From Alphaproteobacteria bacterium (GTDB taxonomy: Bacteria; Pseudomonadota; Alphaproteobacteria; RF32; CAG-239), in NCBI GenBank assembly GCA_045116295.1, contig JBGULQ010000008.1, forward strand, positions 13,147-77,146: a stretch of DNA of 64,000 nt, in the 5' to 3' direction. Of this stretch, positions 27,936-36,999 are shown one piece after another. Positions within the stretch are counted from its first letter, which is position 1, and every line of letters begins with the position of its first letter. The notes beneath the pieces are model-generated. The model did no database searches. It was not told where the DNA came from and saw only the letters and a list, made by a program, of their open reading frames with translations. The translations under genes and the position numbers were made by a program.

Positions 27936-29276
27936 ATGCATTTTTTTCAAATATTACAAGACTTTGCACAACAAGATATGAGTAAATTTTTGGCGATAGC
28001 TATTTTTGCTGTTTGCTATGTGATATTGTTTTCAGAAAAAATTAATCGCGCCGTAATTGCTCTCCTCGGTGCTGAAATTATGATTTTTACCGGAGTGCTG
28101 AGTACAACAACAGCTCTTGAGGGAGTTGATTTTAACACCTTATCATTGCTTATCGGAATGATGATTATTATCGGGATTTCTGAACATTCCGGCATGTTTG
28201 AATATGCTGCCGTCGGCGGTGCAAAGCTAGTGCGAGCAAATCCGCGCGGTCTGCTGATTGTATTGGCGATTGCAACAGCTGTTTTTTCAGCGTTTCTGGA
28301 TAATGTTACAACGATTTTGCTTATTGCTCCGGTAACCATACAAATTACAAGAAAATTAAAACTCGATCCCTACCCTTATTTGATTTTGGAGATATTTGCT
28401 TCAAATATCGGTGGAACAGCAACACTGATCGGTGATCCTCCTAATATTTTGATTGGATCGGCTATTGATTTGAGTTTTATGGATTTTGCAAAAGAGCTTA
28501 CACCGATTGTGATTGTGGCACTGACGCTGATTATCTTTTTGTTTGAGTTGATGTGGCGCAAAGAATTGAAAACGGAGGATGAATTCAAAGCTGCCGTTAT
28601 GCAAATGGATGAAAAAGACGCCATAAAAAACAAGACATTATTACACAAGTCTTTATTCGTACTTTCATTAGTAATACTCGGTTTTATTACGGCTGAAGAG
28701 ACCGGATTTTCAAACGGGTCCATTGCCCTGCTGGGAGCAGCGGTAATGTTGCTCCTTTATACCTATAAGGGTAAGAAAAGCTCACGCGATCAAAAAGTTA
28801 CCCAAATTCTTGCCGGTGTCGACTGGACAACGATTTTCTTTTTCACCGGGTTGTTTGTAATTGTTCATGGATTGGAAGAAACCGGTGTTTTGGAAATTAT
28901 GGGGCAGAAATTTTTAGAATTTACAAATGCGGAAATTTCAAAAATTACGTTTTTAACGCTGTGGAGTTCGGCAATACTGTCGAGTATTGTTGATAATATT
29001 CCTTTTGTGGCAACAATGATTCCTATGTTAAAATCAATGGAAGAAACTATTGGCGGACGTGAAGCAATGATGCCGGCTTGGTGGGCATTGTCATTGGGAG
29101 CTTGTTTCGGCGGAAACGGAACATTAATCGGGGCATCGGCAAATGTTATTATGGCAGGTATTGCCGCTCGCGACGGTCACCCGATAAGTTTCTTGTCGTT
29201 TATGAAGTGGTCTGTACCGGTAATGTTGCTGACTGTTGCACTGGCTATGGTTTGGTTAAAAATACAATATTTCTAA
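27936..29276 (+). CDS. ArsB/NhaD-superfamily anion permease
   Basis: 446 aa and multi-TM, with DNVTTILLIAPVT and IGGTATLIGDPPNILIG motifs. Confidence 0.75.
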   Translation: MHFFQILQDFAQQDMSKFLAIAIFAVCYVILFSEKINRAVIALLGAEIMIFTGVLSTTTALEGVDFNTLSLLIGMMIIIGISEHSGMFEYAAVGGAKLVRANPRGLLIVLAIATAVFSAFLDNVTTILLIAPVTIQITRKLKLDPYPYLILEIFASNIGGTATLIGDPPNILIGSAIDLSFMDFAKELTPIVIVALTLIIFLFELMWRKELKTEDEFKAAVMQMDEKDAIKNKTLLHKSLFVLSLVILGFITAEETGFSNGSIALLGAAVMLLLYTYKGKKSSRDQKVTQILAGVDWTTIFFFTGLFVIVHGLEETGVLEIMGQKFLEFTNAEISKITFLTLWSSAILSSIVDNIPFVATMIPMLKSMEETIGGREAMMPAWWALSLGACFGGNGTLIGASANVIMAGIAARDGHPISFLSFMKWSVPVMLLTVALAMVWLKIQYF

Positions 29277-29368
29277 AAATCTGTTAATAAGTCTGATTTT
29301 AAGATTTTTGTTAACCTTTTGTTTGCTTTTTACATTTAAAATAGAATGCAAAACGAACGGGGATTACT

Positions 29369-30544
29369 ATGCAAAGACTTATTAAGTATACATTAGCAGC
29401 ATTTTTAATAATTTGCGGAAGTGTTAACGCAGCTCCCAAAACAACTTCTAGTATCACCATTAATATGGATACCGGCGAAGTATTGAGCAGTGAAAATCCT
29501 GACACTTTGCGTTATCCGGCTTCTTTGACAAAGCTGATGACCCTTTATTTGACTTTTGAAGCTTTGGAAAAAGGAAAAATTAAGCTCAGCACCCCGCTGA
29601 AAGTTTCCCGTGTTGCTGCAGGACGTTCTCCTTCGAAAATCGGCGTAAGAGCCGGTCAAATAATCACGGTTGAAAATGCTATTAAAGCCGTAATCATTAA
29701 GTCTGCAAATGATTGCGCCACCGTTTTAGCCGAGGGATTGGCAAAAGATGAGCGTGAATTTGCAAAAATGATGACAGCAAAAGCAAAAAAACTGGGTATG
29801 AAAAAAACAACTTTTAAGAATGCCTCAGGATTAAATAACAGTCTGCAACTCACAACCGCCCGCGACATGGCTGTATTGGGAAGCGCTGTATATCACCATT
29901 TTCCCAAATATTATAAATGGTTTTCAATGCAAAAGTTTACATACCAAGGCAGAACCTATTATACACACAACCATGTGCTGAAACAATTTAAGGGTTCTGA
30001 TGGCATGAAAACCGGATATTTAGCGGCAGCAGGATATAATATTGTGACTTCTGCCAAAAGAAACGGTATAAGAGTTTTGGCTGTTACGATGGGACATCCG
30101 ACATATCAACAACGTGATAAGAAGGTTATTGATTTGATGGATCGCGGAATTAAAAAAATTGCAATGAATAATACAAAAGCACCTAAAACGGTTATGGCAA
30201 AATTGAATGTGCCGGCAAAAGTTAAAGCCGAGAAAATTGCAATGAACGACACCCCGTTAAAAGTTAAAAAAGGTGACTGGGGTATTCAAGTCGGAGCTTT
30301 TCGCAATTATGCAAAAGCGCGCAGCTATGCCTTCAGTATCAAAAAGCGTATGCCTGAACTTAAGTCTCACCCGATCGATGTAGAAAGTGTGGAAGGCGAT
30401 ATGGTTGTGCTTTACAGATCAAGAATTACAAATATTGCAAAAAAAGATGCGGAAGAATTGTGTAATCGTTTGAAAAAAGAAAACAAGTCTTGTATAGTTG
30501 TAAATACGCAAAGAAATTCACAACTAGCAATGGCAGACGATTAA
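29369..30544 (+). CDS. D-alanyl-D-alanine carboxypeptidase (S11, PBP5/6-like) with a C-terminal SPOR domain
   Basis: It has a signal peptide, SLTKLMT (SxxK), SANDCA (SxN) and KTGY (KTG). The C-terminal GDWGIQVGAFRNYAKARSYA...LYRSRI is SPOR-like. Confidence 0.85.
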   Translation: MQRLIKYTLAAFLIICGSVNAAPKTTSSITINMDTGEVLSSENPDTLRYPASLTKLMTLYLTFEALEKGKIKLSTPLKVSRVAAGRSPSKIGVRAGQIITVENAIKAVIIKSANDCATVLAEGLAKDEREFAKMMTAKAKKLGMKKTTFKNASGLNNSLQLTTARDMAVLGSAVYHHFPKYYKWFSMQKFTYQGRTYYTHNHVLKQFKGSDGMKTGYLAAAGYNIVTSAKRNGIRVLAVTMGHPTYQQRDKKVIDLMDRGIKKIAMNNTKAPKTVMAKLNVPAKVKAEKIAMNDTPLKVKKGDWGIQVGAFRNYAKARSYAFSIKKRMPELKSHPIDVESVEGDMVVLYRSRITNIAKKDAEELCNRLKKENKSCIVVNTQRNSQLAMADD

Positions 30545-30546
30545 TT

Positions 30547-31347
30547 ATGAACAATCAAAAAGCACACATAATTACAATAAGTAACGAAAAAGGCGGAACC
30601 GGAAAGTCAACTGTATCCATGCATTTGGCAGTTTTTTTGATGCAGGAAGGTTTTAAGGTGGCCGTTGTTGATATGGATGGCAGACAGGGAACGCTTTCCA
30701 GATATGTAGAAAATCGCAGAAAGTTCGCAATCCAAAATAACCTAAACCTGATTATTCCACAATTGGTGACTGTGGCTCCTCGTGATAATTATAGTGAATA
30801 TCCCAATCATTTATCTGAGATTGAAATGGCGTTAGATGAGTTGTCAAAACAATATGATGCCATTATTATTGATACTCCGGGAGGAAAAAACTATTTGTTT
30901 GAAGAGGCTCACAAGCTTGCTGATACATTGATTACCCCTATTTCTGACAGTTTGATTGATCTGAATGTTTTATCTGAGATTGATAAGGATAATCCAGAAA
31001 AACACCACGCAGGTCATTATGCACAGTTTATATGGGATATGAGAAAATATCGCGCACAACATGGAAAACAATTGCTAAATTGGATTGTGGTCGGCAATAA
31101 AATATCATCATTGAACTCCAGAAATAAAACTTTTTTCTTTGAACAGCTGAACAATATTGCAAAACTGTATGGTTTTAGGGTTGCTGATGGAATAAAAGAC
31201 CGCGTTATTTATAAAGAGCTATTTTTGCAAGGACTGACTGTTCTTGATGTTAAATCAGAAGCTCTCAAAGGTCGTTTAACCATGTCACACTTGGCAGCAA
31301 AGCAAGAAATTAGGTCTTTGGCTGAATACATCTGCCCTCAAAGTTAA
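30547..31347 (+). CDS. mipZ: division-plane positioning ParA-like ATPase MipZ
   Basis: The start is the ATG at 30547. The product is 266 aa with IITISNEKGGTGKSTVSMHLAVFL (deviant Walker A), VDMDGRQGTLSRYVENR and IIDTPGG. Confidence 0.8.
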   Translation: MNNQKAHIITISNEKGGTGKSTVSMHLAVFLMQEGFKVAVVDMDGRQGTLSRYVENRRKFAIQNNLNLIIPQLVTVAPRDNYSEYPNHLSEIEMALDELSKQYDAIIIDTPGGKNYLFEEAHKLADTLITPISDSLIDLNVLSEIDKDNPEKHHAGHYAQFIWDMRKYRAQHGKQLLNWIVVGNKISSLNSRNKTFFFEQLNNIAKLYGFRVADGIKDRVIYKELFLQGLTVLDVKSEALKGRLTMSHLAAKQEIRSLAEYICPQS

Positions 31348-31356
31348 GGTAAAAAA

Positions 31357-31890
31357 ATGAAAGAATTGAGTTTTTTAATGCTTCTTGTTGCACTGACAGT
31401 GACGGGAATTGCTTGGATTTGTGATTTTTTGAAACTAGACGTGAAAGATAAAGCTGTTTTTTATATTCCGGACAGAGCAAAGTTTAATATTGTATGGGGT
31501 TTTGTCTTTTATAGTACATATGGTGTAATGGTTGCTAAATATTGTGCGATCGGCTATGTATTTGTGGTTTTGATAGCTGTATTAATCGGCTACTTGTTGT
31601 ATTTGTATGTATTAAAAAAAGCTTTATCGGAAAACAAGTTTGTAAAATTCCCAATAGTGCAAAAAATAATATTGCATAAAATTGAACATCAAAAAAAATT
31701 TGATAAACTTTCCAGTGAACAGAAATACACAAAAAACAAAGCACTAAAAATGCTGGGAGTATCAAAATTTGCATATAATCGGAAAGATATAATACATGAG
31801 AGGCTGGATGTATTAAAAAAGTGCAACTTTCAGCACCCGTATTACAAAACAATGATTAAATATTTGGAAGAAGCGATTGAGCGTCAATGA
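31357..31890 (+). CDS. membrane protein with a degenerate J-like C-terminal domain
   Basis: 177 aa with 3 TM segments. The C-terminus ALKMLGVSKFAYNRKDIIHERLDVLKKCNFQHPYY resembles J-domain helices II and III, but with HPY instead of HPD. Confidence 0.45.
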   Translation: MKELSFLMLLVALTVTGIAWICDFLKLDVKDKAVFYIPDRAKFNIVWGFVFYSTYGVMVAKYCAIGYVFVVLIAVLIGYLLYLYVLKKALSENKFVKFPIVQKIILHKIEHQKKFDKLSSEQKYTKNKALKMLGVSKFAYNRKDIIHERLDVLKKCNFQHPYYKTMIKYLEEAIERQ

Positions 31891-32108
31891 ACGCTATACG
31901 GCACTAAGTTGTGCTGTCTGGCAAGGATAAATGCCAGATCACGGCTATCAGTTGTTGCAAGCTCTGTTCCATCGTCAGCACACAGGCGCCAAACATTGCA
32001 GCTGGAGATTCTTTCTTGTTTAATGAACGCAGTACGATGTCTGTTTAACGAAAGAAAAGCATTAAAATCGTTTTTCTTAAATGGTAAAAATTCAAAACTT
32101 TCTGCCAT
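31884..32108 (-). CDS. DUF1150 family protein
   Basis: 74 aa. The pattern ..WRLCADDGTELATTDSRDLAFILARQHNLVPYSVH matches the DUF1150 C-terminal pattern as I recall it. Confidence 0.5.
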   Translation of the reverse strand: MAESFEFLPFKKNDFNAFLSLNRHRTAFIKQERISSCNVWRLCADDGTELATTDSRDLAFILARQHNLVPYSVH

Positions 32109-32264
32109 ATCAATACCTCAATGTAGTTGATGATATATTGATGTTGGTTAAATATTGGCTAACAGATTGCAAATTTTACGCAATTATTCAAAGAAATAAA
32201 TTGCCAAAATAAATTTTAAGTATTATACACTATGGCATTGGTACCAAACAATTAGGAAAAATTA

Positions 32265-32483
32265 ATGAAAGAAGAACTGTTAGAGCTGACCGGAGAAGTT
32301 ATTGAAAAGCTTCCTAACGCTATGTTTAGAGTAAAATTGGAAAACGGTGTCGAAATTTTAGCAATGACGGCCGGGAAAATGCGTAAATTTCGTATCAGAG
32401 TCATGGTCGGCGATAAAGTTGATATTGAAATGACCCCTTATGACCTGACAAAGGGACGTATTACATTCCGTCACAAAGATTAA
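32265..32483 (+). CDS. infA: translation initiation factor IF-1
   Basis: 72 aa: ..[62 protein letters not shown]. Confidence 0.97.
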   Translation: MKEELLELTGEVIEKLPNAMFRVKLENGVEILAMTAGKMRKFRIRVMVGDKVDIEMTPYDLTKGRITFRHKD

Positions 32484-32485
32484 TT

Positions 32486-33064
32486 CTATAAGTACTTCAA
32501 CAAATAAAAACCACCAATCAGCAGAATTAAAAATAGTATTGAAAGAAGTCCAAAGTGCTTTTCAATAAAGTTTTTGATTGGTGCGCCAAAGTGGTGGAGC
32601 AAGCCGGCAATGATAAAAAAGCGCAGACCTCTTGCAAAAATTGATGCAACACCAAAAACAAAAAGATTCAGCCCTACTGCACCACTGGCTATAGTTATAA
32701 CCTTGTACGGAAAAGGAGTAATTCCGGCGGCAAAAACAATCCAAGCTCCATATTCGTTATAATATTGTTTGAATGTCTCAAACTTTGCAAGATAACCATA
32801 AAACTCCAGCAACGGGCGAGCAATTAAATCATATCCCCAGAAACCTATGGCATAGCCAAAATAACCACCTATAACGCTGGCAAGTGTTGCAACAAATGCT
32901 ATACGCCATGCTCGAGCAGGAGCTGCAATTACCATGGGAATCAACATTATGTCCGGTGGAATGGGAAAAAATGAGCTTTCAATAAAAGAAATTGCCGCTA
33001 ATATCCATATAGCGTTACTTTTGGCTGCGGAATCGACCATCCACTGATATATTCTTTTAGTCAT
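32486..33064 (-). CDS. YqaA/DedA-related membrane protein
   Basis: 192 aa with the ESSFFPIPPDIMLIPM motif and multiple TM segments. Confidence 0.75.
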   Translation of the reverse strand: MTKRIYQWMVDSAAKSNAIWILAAISFIESSFFPIPPDIMLIPMVIAAPARAWRIAFVATLASVIGGYFGYAIGFWGYDLIARPLLEFYGYLAKFETFKQYYNEYGAWIVFAAGITPFPYKVITIASGAVGLNLFVFGVASIFARGLRFFIIAGLLHHFGAPIKNFIEKHFGLLSILFLILLIGGFYLLKYL

Positions 33065-33102
33065 GACTTATTCTCATTTTAATCTGTCAGGATTTTAGTA
33101 TA

Positions 33103-33708
33103 TTATTTAATAAAAGAAACTAAATTATTGAGATATGCAACATTTTCAACATATATTGCATTATCATTTTTCAGTTGTTGTTTTAGTTGTTTATATTGTG
33201 ATTTTGGGCAATGTATTGCAACCAATTTAGTATGATTTTTGCCTAAGAATAGTTGTGCGGCAACTGAATCGTTGACCTTAAAACACGATAGATTGCGGCA
33301 TTCAGACATAGACAACGGTGATGAAAAATCTTTTTCAACCAGCAAAACATCATAATACTGCCCTCCTTTACAATAACTATTCGTAATTTCTGGCAATAGG
33401 GTTGCTATTTCTGAGCGTTTAAGGTAGTGGGAAATTCCGTCTGATATTATATTGAGCTTGTTAGAAACTGCAACTATCGGTGCGCGATGTGAAAAATTTT
33501 GTGACATCATGTATTCTATAACCGCATGGCTATCGGTGTTTTCCATATCTGTATTGATAATGTACAAATCAGGTGTAAGTTCTTGGGCATAGCGAATAAA
33601 TTTATAGGCATTGCCGGTAAAAAATACTTCCGATCCGGTATTTTTTAAGGCATCGTGAAAAGCTGTTATATCAGTCCCGTCATCATCAATGATAAAAACC
33701 CTGCTCAT
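33103..33708 (-). CDS. orphan receiver (REC)-like domain protein with an unknown C-terminal half
   Basis: 201 aa. It has VFIIDDDGTD (an acidic pocket), LYIINTDM (a candidate phospho-acceptor Asp) and PIVAVS. No output domain is recognisable. Confidence 0.45.
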   Translation of the reverse strand: MSRVFIIDDDGTDITAFHDALKNTGSEVFFTGNAYKFIRYAQELTPDLYIINTDMENTDSHAVIEYMMSQNFSHRAPIVAVSNKLNIISDGISHYLKRSEIATLLPEITNSYCKGGQYYDVLLVEKDFSSPLSMSECRNLSCFKVNDSVAAQLFLGKNHTKLVAIHCPKSQYKQLKQQLKNDNAIYVENVAYLNNLVSFIK

Positions 33709-33749
33709 AGCATTATCCTCCGATATATACTATGATTTAGTGGGTAAAG

Positions 33750-34604
33750 TTACTTTTTCAAACTGCTATTTTGGTTTATATATGCACGCAATGTGTTGCT
33801 AAGCAACATAGTCACGGTCATTGGGCCTACACCACCCGGAACCGGTGTAATATTATCAGCTACATCTTTAACGCCCTCAAAATCAACATCTCCGCACAAC
33901 TTGCCATCAATCCGATTGATACCAACGTCAATAACTGTAGCTCCCGATTTTACCCAATCTTTTTTAACTAATTTTGCAACTCCGCAAGCGGCAACAACAA
34001 TATCAGCCGTTGATACAATTTGCGCAAGATTGTTGCTTTTGCTATGTGTTACCGTAACCGTGCAATGATTGTTGAGTAATAATGATGCAAGCGGACGACC
34101 GACTATGTTAGAACGTCCGATAATCACTGCATGCTTACCGGTAATATCGCCTAATGTATGTTGTAACATGTATAAGACAGCTTGGGGCGTTGCTGCTACC
34201 ATTGCTGATGGGTTGTTTGAGTGCAACAACCCCAAGTTATAAACTCCAAATCCATCAACATCTTTTGTGTGTGCAATATGCTCAATTACAACATTTGAAT
34301 TCAAATGTTTGGGTAGTGGCATTTGCACAATTATACCATTAACCGACAAATCTGCATTAAGGTCATCAATAAGCTGTAACAAATCTTGTTGAGTGGTATC
34401 TTCCGGAAGGTGATGAATTGTACATTTCATGCCGATTTTTTCTGCGGCTTTCTTTTTGTTGCGGTCGTAAATGATACTGGCCTCATCATTGCCAACTAAG
34501 ATTACTGCCAAATGCGGTATTGATGGCAAAAGAGCAATTTGTTGTGCTAATTTATCTTGCAGCTCTTGAGATAGTTTTTTTCCATCAATTATATGTGCGC
34601 TCAT
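33750..34604 (-). CDS. folD: bifunctional methylenetetrahydrofolate dehydrogenase/cyclohydrolase
   Basis: MSAHIIDGKK.. start at 34604, in an ATGA overlap with the yggU stop. It has VILVGNDEASIIY, GIIVQMPLP, GRSNIVGRP and PVPGGVGPMT motifs. Confidence 0.95.
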   Translation of the reverse strand: MSAHIIDGKKLSQELQDKLAQQIALLPSIPHLAVILVGNDEASIIYDRNKKKAAEKIGMKCTIHHLPEDTTQQDLLQLIDDLNADLSVNGIIVQMPLPKHLNSNVVIEHIAHTKDVDGFGVYNLGLLHSNNPSAMVAATPQAVLYMLQHTLGDITGKHAVIIGRSNIVGRPLASLLLNNHCTVTVTHSKSNNLAQIVSTADIVVAACGVAKLVKKDWVKSGATVIDVGINRIDGKLCGDVDFEGVKDVADNITPVPGGVGPMTVTMLLSNTLRAYINQNSSLKK

Positions 34605-34909
34605 GCCCTGCTCCATTGTTGAAGTTTGTTAATGATATGCTGTGATGTAGAGTTGATTTTTAACCTTTTAAAGTGATTGCTTTCTCCACTGACTATTTCA
34701 ATATCGCTTTTGGCAATATCTAGTTCCTTGCTTAAAAACTTAATCAATTCTTTATTTGCTTTGCCTTTTTCGGGGATACTGATGATGTTGATACGCAAAT
34801 ATTCAGTTCCATCGGCAGAGGTAACAACACCTTTCACAGCTCTTTCAGCAGCGTTAGGGGTTATTTTTACAAGTAGCGTAATATGGTTGTCATTTATGGC
34901 ATACATCAT
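34601..34909 (-). CDS. yggU: DUF167 (YggU) family protein
   Basis: I prefer the ATG at 34909, immediately after a terminator hairpin. The product is about 102 aa, with ITLLVKITPNAAERAVKG and a KGKANKELIKFLSKEL..IVSGESNHFKRL pattern. Confidence 0.75.
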   Translation of the reverse strand: MMYAINDNHITLLVKITPNAAERAVKGVVTSADGTEYLRINIISIPEKGKANKELIKFLSKELDIAKSDIEIVSGESNHFKRLKINSTSQHIINKLQQWSRA

Positions 34910-34911
34910 TA

Positions 34912-34940
34912 ATAAAAAACGGCGGTAAAAACCGCCGCCC
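34912..34940 (-). terminator. hairpin plus T-run between yggT and yggU
   Basis: The minus strand reads GGGCGGCGG-TTTTTA-CCGCCG-TTTTTTATTA, followed by ATGATG. Confidence 0.6.
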
Positions 34941-34957
34941 ATATTCGGTTTTATATC

Positions 34958-35227
34958 TTACAGCATCATCTGACCAAGAATTGACAGAACAACGAAAATC
35001 AGCAAAGGAGCTGTTTCAAACTCACCGAGTTTGCGCCATTTCTCAGGCAAAACTTCGGTAACTTTAGAATATACAGGAGCTGTTAGTTTATTGCAAAGCT
35101 CAACAGCCTTTTTGGTGCTGTCATTTTTACCCAAATCAACGACATTGCAGTTTTTAAGCAATTGAACAAGAATGTCAAACAGCACAATCAGTGCATAAAC
35201 AATAAAAATTAATCCAACTAAACCCAT
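34958..35227 (-). CDS. YggT-family small membrane protein
   Basis: 89 aa with 2 TM segments. It lies upstream of yggU, as in the yggS-yggT-yggU arrangement. I assign it mainly from context and topology. Confidence 0.5.
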   Translation of the reverse strand: MGLVGLIFIVYALIVLFDILVQLLKNCNVVDLGKNDSTKKAVELCNKLTAPVYSKVTEVLPEKWRKLGEFETAPLLIFVVLSILGQMML

Positions 35228-35318
35228 TTGTTACTCCTTTGCGAATGTTTGTTTAAACTACGAGAATTATTATCCAATTTTTTTTAATTGTCCAGTTATT
35301 TATATCCACTTTTTACAG

Positions 35319-36383
35319 CTACTTAGGAAGATTGTTGGAAAGACTCCTGAAACGAGATGCCAAAAAAGCTTTAATGCGGTCTTTGGAAGCGTTTGGTCTG
35401 CTTAGTTTTCTTAATTCACTTATACGTTCCTGTATACTGTTTTGGTCGTCATTATGAGGCATTATGCTTTCAAAAATAGCTCGCAACTGTTCACCGTGGC
35501 TGTTTGCCGGTGTATCATCATTGTCACTCAAAATTAGTGCTCTAAGCCGATCCATAAATGAATATCGAACTCTTTTTACAGTATTTTCAGGGTCATAATC
35601 AGGTTCATATTGACCATAAAAATATTCATATTCACCATCAAGATCATCATCATACCCACGGAACATATGCATTTTGCGTAATTGAGCTTTTGACATATTC
35701 CAATATTGTTCATGGTCGTGAAACAGTTTCATTATACGCAGGTATTGCAAAGCGGTTTCAGGATCAATTGCATAAACAGTATGTTCAATGCGTTCCCGAG
35801 TTTCATCGCTGGCATTACCTGTGCATTCTTTTATGGCATTGCGAAGTTGACGCAATTTTACCAGCTTATTATAAACCTGATTATATTTTTCTTGAGAGCC
35901 GGGGAAAGAGCTGTTGCGATATAAACCTAAACAAACCATGAGTTCCGCCTCACGTGTATACGAATCGTCAAGCCATTCATTGCGGTTTGCTAAATCCGAA
36001 TCGGTAACATATCCGTCGTTCATGTCATGTATTATTTGAGCACAATCTTCAAACCACGAAAAATACTCTTGAACAGAGTTAGTCTCTGAATTAAGCAATT
36101 CAATAGACTCGGCAATCTTAAATTGTAGATCTTCATTTTTTATTTCTTGGTTACCGACTTTGATTGTAGCATCTGTAGGTGATGACACCATTGTTTGTGC
36201 AATCTGCTGTGCTTCATTATATGAAACCGCCGGATTTACTCGTTTAATTGCCTGTGATACTATAACACTCGGGGTAACAATATTATGCGGGCTAAACTGT
36301 TTACTTCGCTGTACTAAACGAAGGCGTTCCAGTTTTGCTCGTTGCCGTTTTGCCAATGTATCTTTCGAGATAGTGTTTTCCAT
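35319..36383 (-). CDS. orphan hypothetical protein (acidic, helical)
   Basis: 354 aa. I recognise no motif. It lies downstream of, and on the same strand as, the TerB-like gene. Confidence 0.5.
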   Translation of the reverse strand: MENTISKDTLAKRQRAKLERLRLVQRSKQFSPHNIVTPSVIVSQAIKRVNPAVSYNEAQQIAQTMVSSPTDATIKVGNQEIKNEDLQFKIAESIELLNSETNSVQEYFSWFEDCAQIIHDMNDGYVTDSDLANRNEWLDDSYTREAELMVCLGLYRNSSFPGSQEKYNQVYNKLVKLRQLRNAIKECTGNASDETRERIEHTVYAIDPETALQYLRIMKLFHDHEQYWNMSKAQLRKMHMFRGYDDDLDGEYEYFYGQYEPDYDPENTVKRVRYSFMDRLRALILSDNDDTPANSHGEQLRAIFESIMPHNDDQNSIQERISELRKLSRPNASKDRIKAFLASRFRSLSNNLPK

Positions 36384-36409
36384 CGGTCAGCTCCTCTTTG
36401 TGCGTTATA

Positions 36410-36841
36410 TTACAGCTCTTCGAAAATGATTTTTGCCTCTTCTTCGGAAATAATTTTTTCAATAACCCAACTGCTAATTTGTTCAATTTTTTCGAGTTCT
36501 ACTCCCATAGCTTGCCCTACTCGTCCGATAAACAATGTTTCATCATCGCTGAGTTCGTCATCGACGTGAGCTAAAAAGCATAAATCTTTAATCAATTCAA
36601 GCGCGGTACGGCGGTTCTTAATTTGTGATAAAGCCTGAAGAAGGTCATCATCAGACGGGATTTCAAATATTTCATCAATCTGTGTTGCCGGCACGTCATA
36701 TTGCTTGGCAATTGATTTTATATATTCTTTTTCAACATTATCAAACTGACCGTCAGTTTTGGCCAAACGAGTAAATGCGCGAAGATAAGCGACCTTTTCT
36801 TCATTGCTAAGACTCATAATTGCATCAAATTGTTTGCTCAT
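36410..36841 (-). CDS. TerB-like (tellurite-resistance TerB / DjlA N-terminal type) domain protein
   Basis: 143 aa. It has ..LRAFTRLAKTDGQFDNVEKEYIKSIA.. and ..LCFLAHVDDELSDDETLFIGRV.., the two-helix DG/DD repeats typical of TerB. Confidence 0.6.
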   Translation of the reverse strand: MSKQFDAIMSLSNEEKVAYLRAFTRLAKTDGQFDNVEKEYIKSIAKQYDVPATQIDEIFEIPSDDDLLQALSQIKNRRTALELIKDLCFLAHVDDELSDDETLFIGRVGQAMGVELEKIEQISSWVIEKIISEEEAKIIFEEL

Positions 36842-36999
36842 AGATTTTCTCCATAATTAAAACTCTGAGTACATAATATCAAAATATGTAAAATTTCGCA
36901 ACAATAAAGAAAAACCTTTTTTCCGAAATAATGCTTGAAAATAGCCACAAATAGTCTAGTATAGTGTGATAATTTTAACTTTGGGAGGTATTTGTTGTC

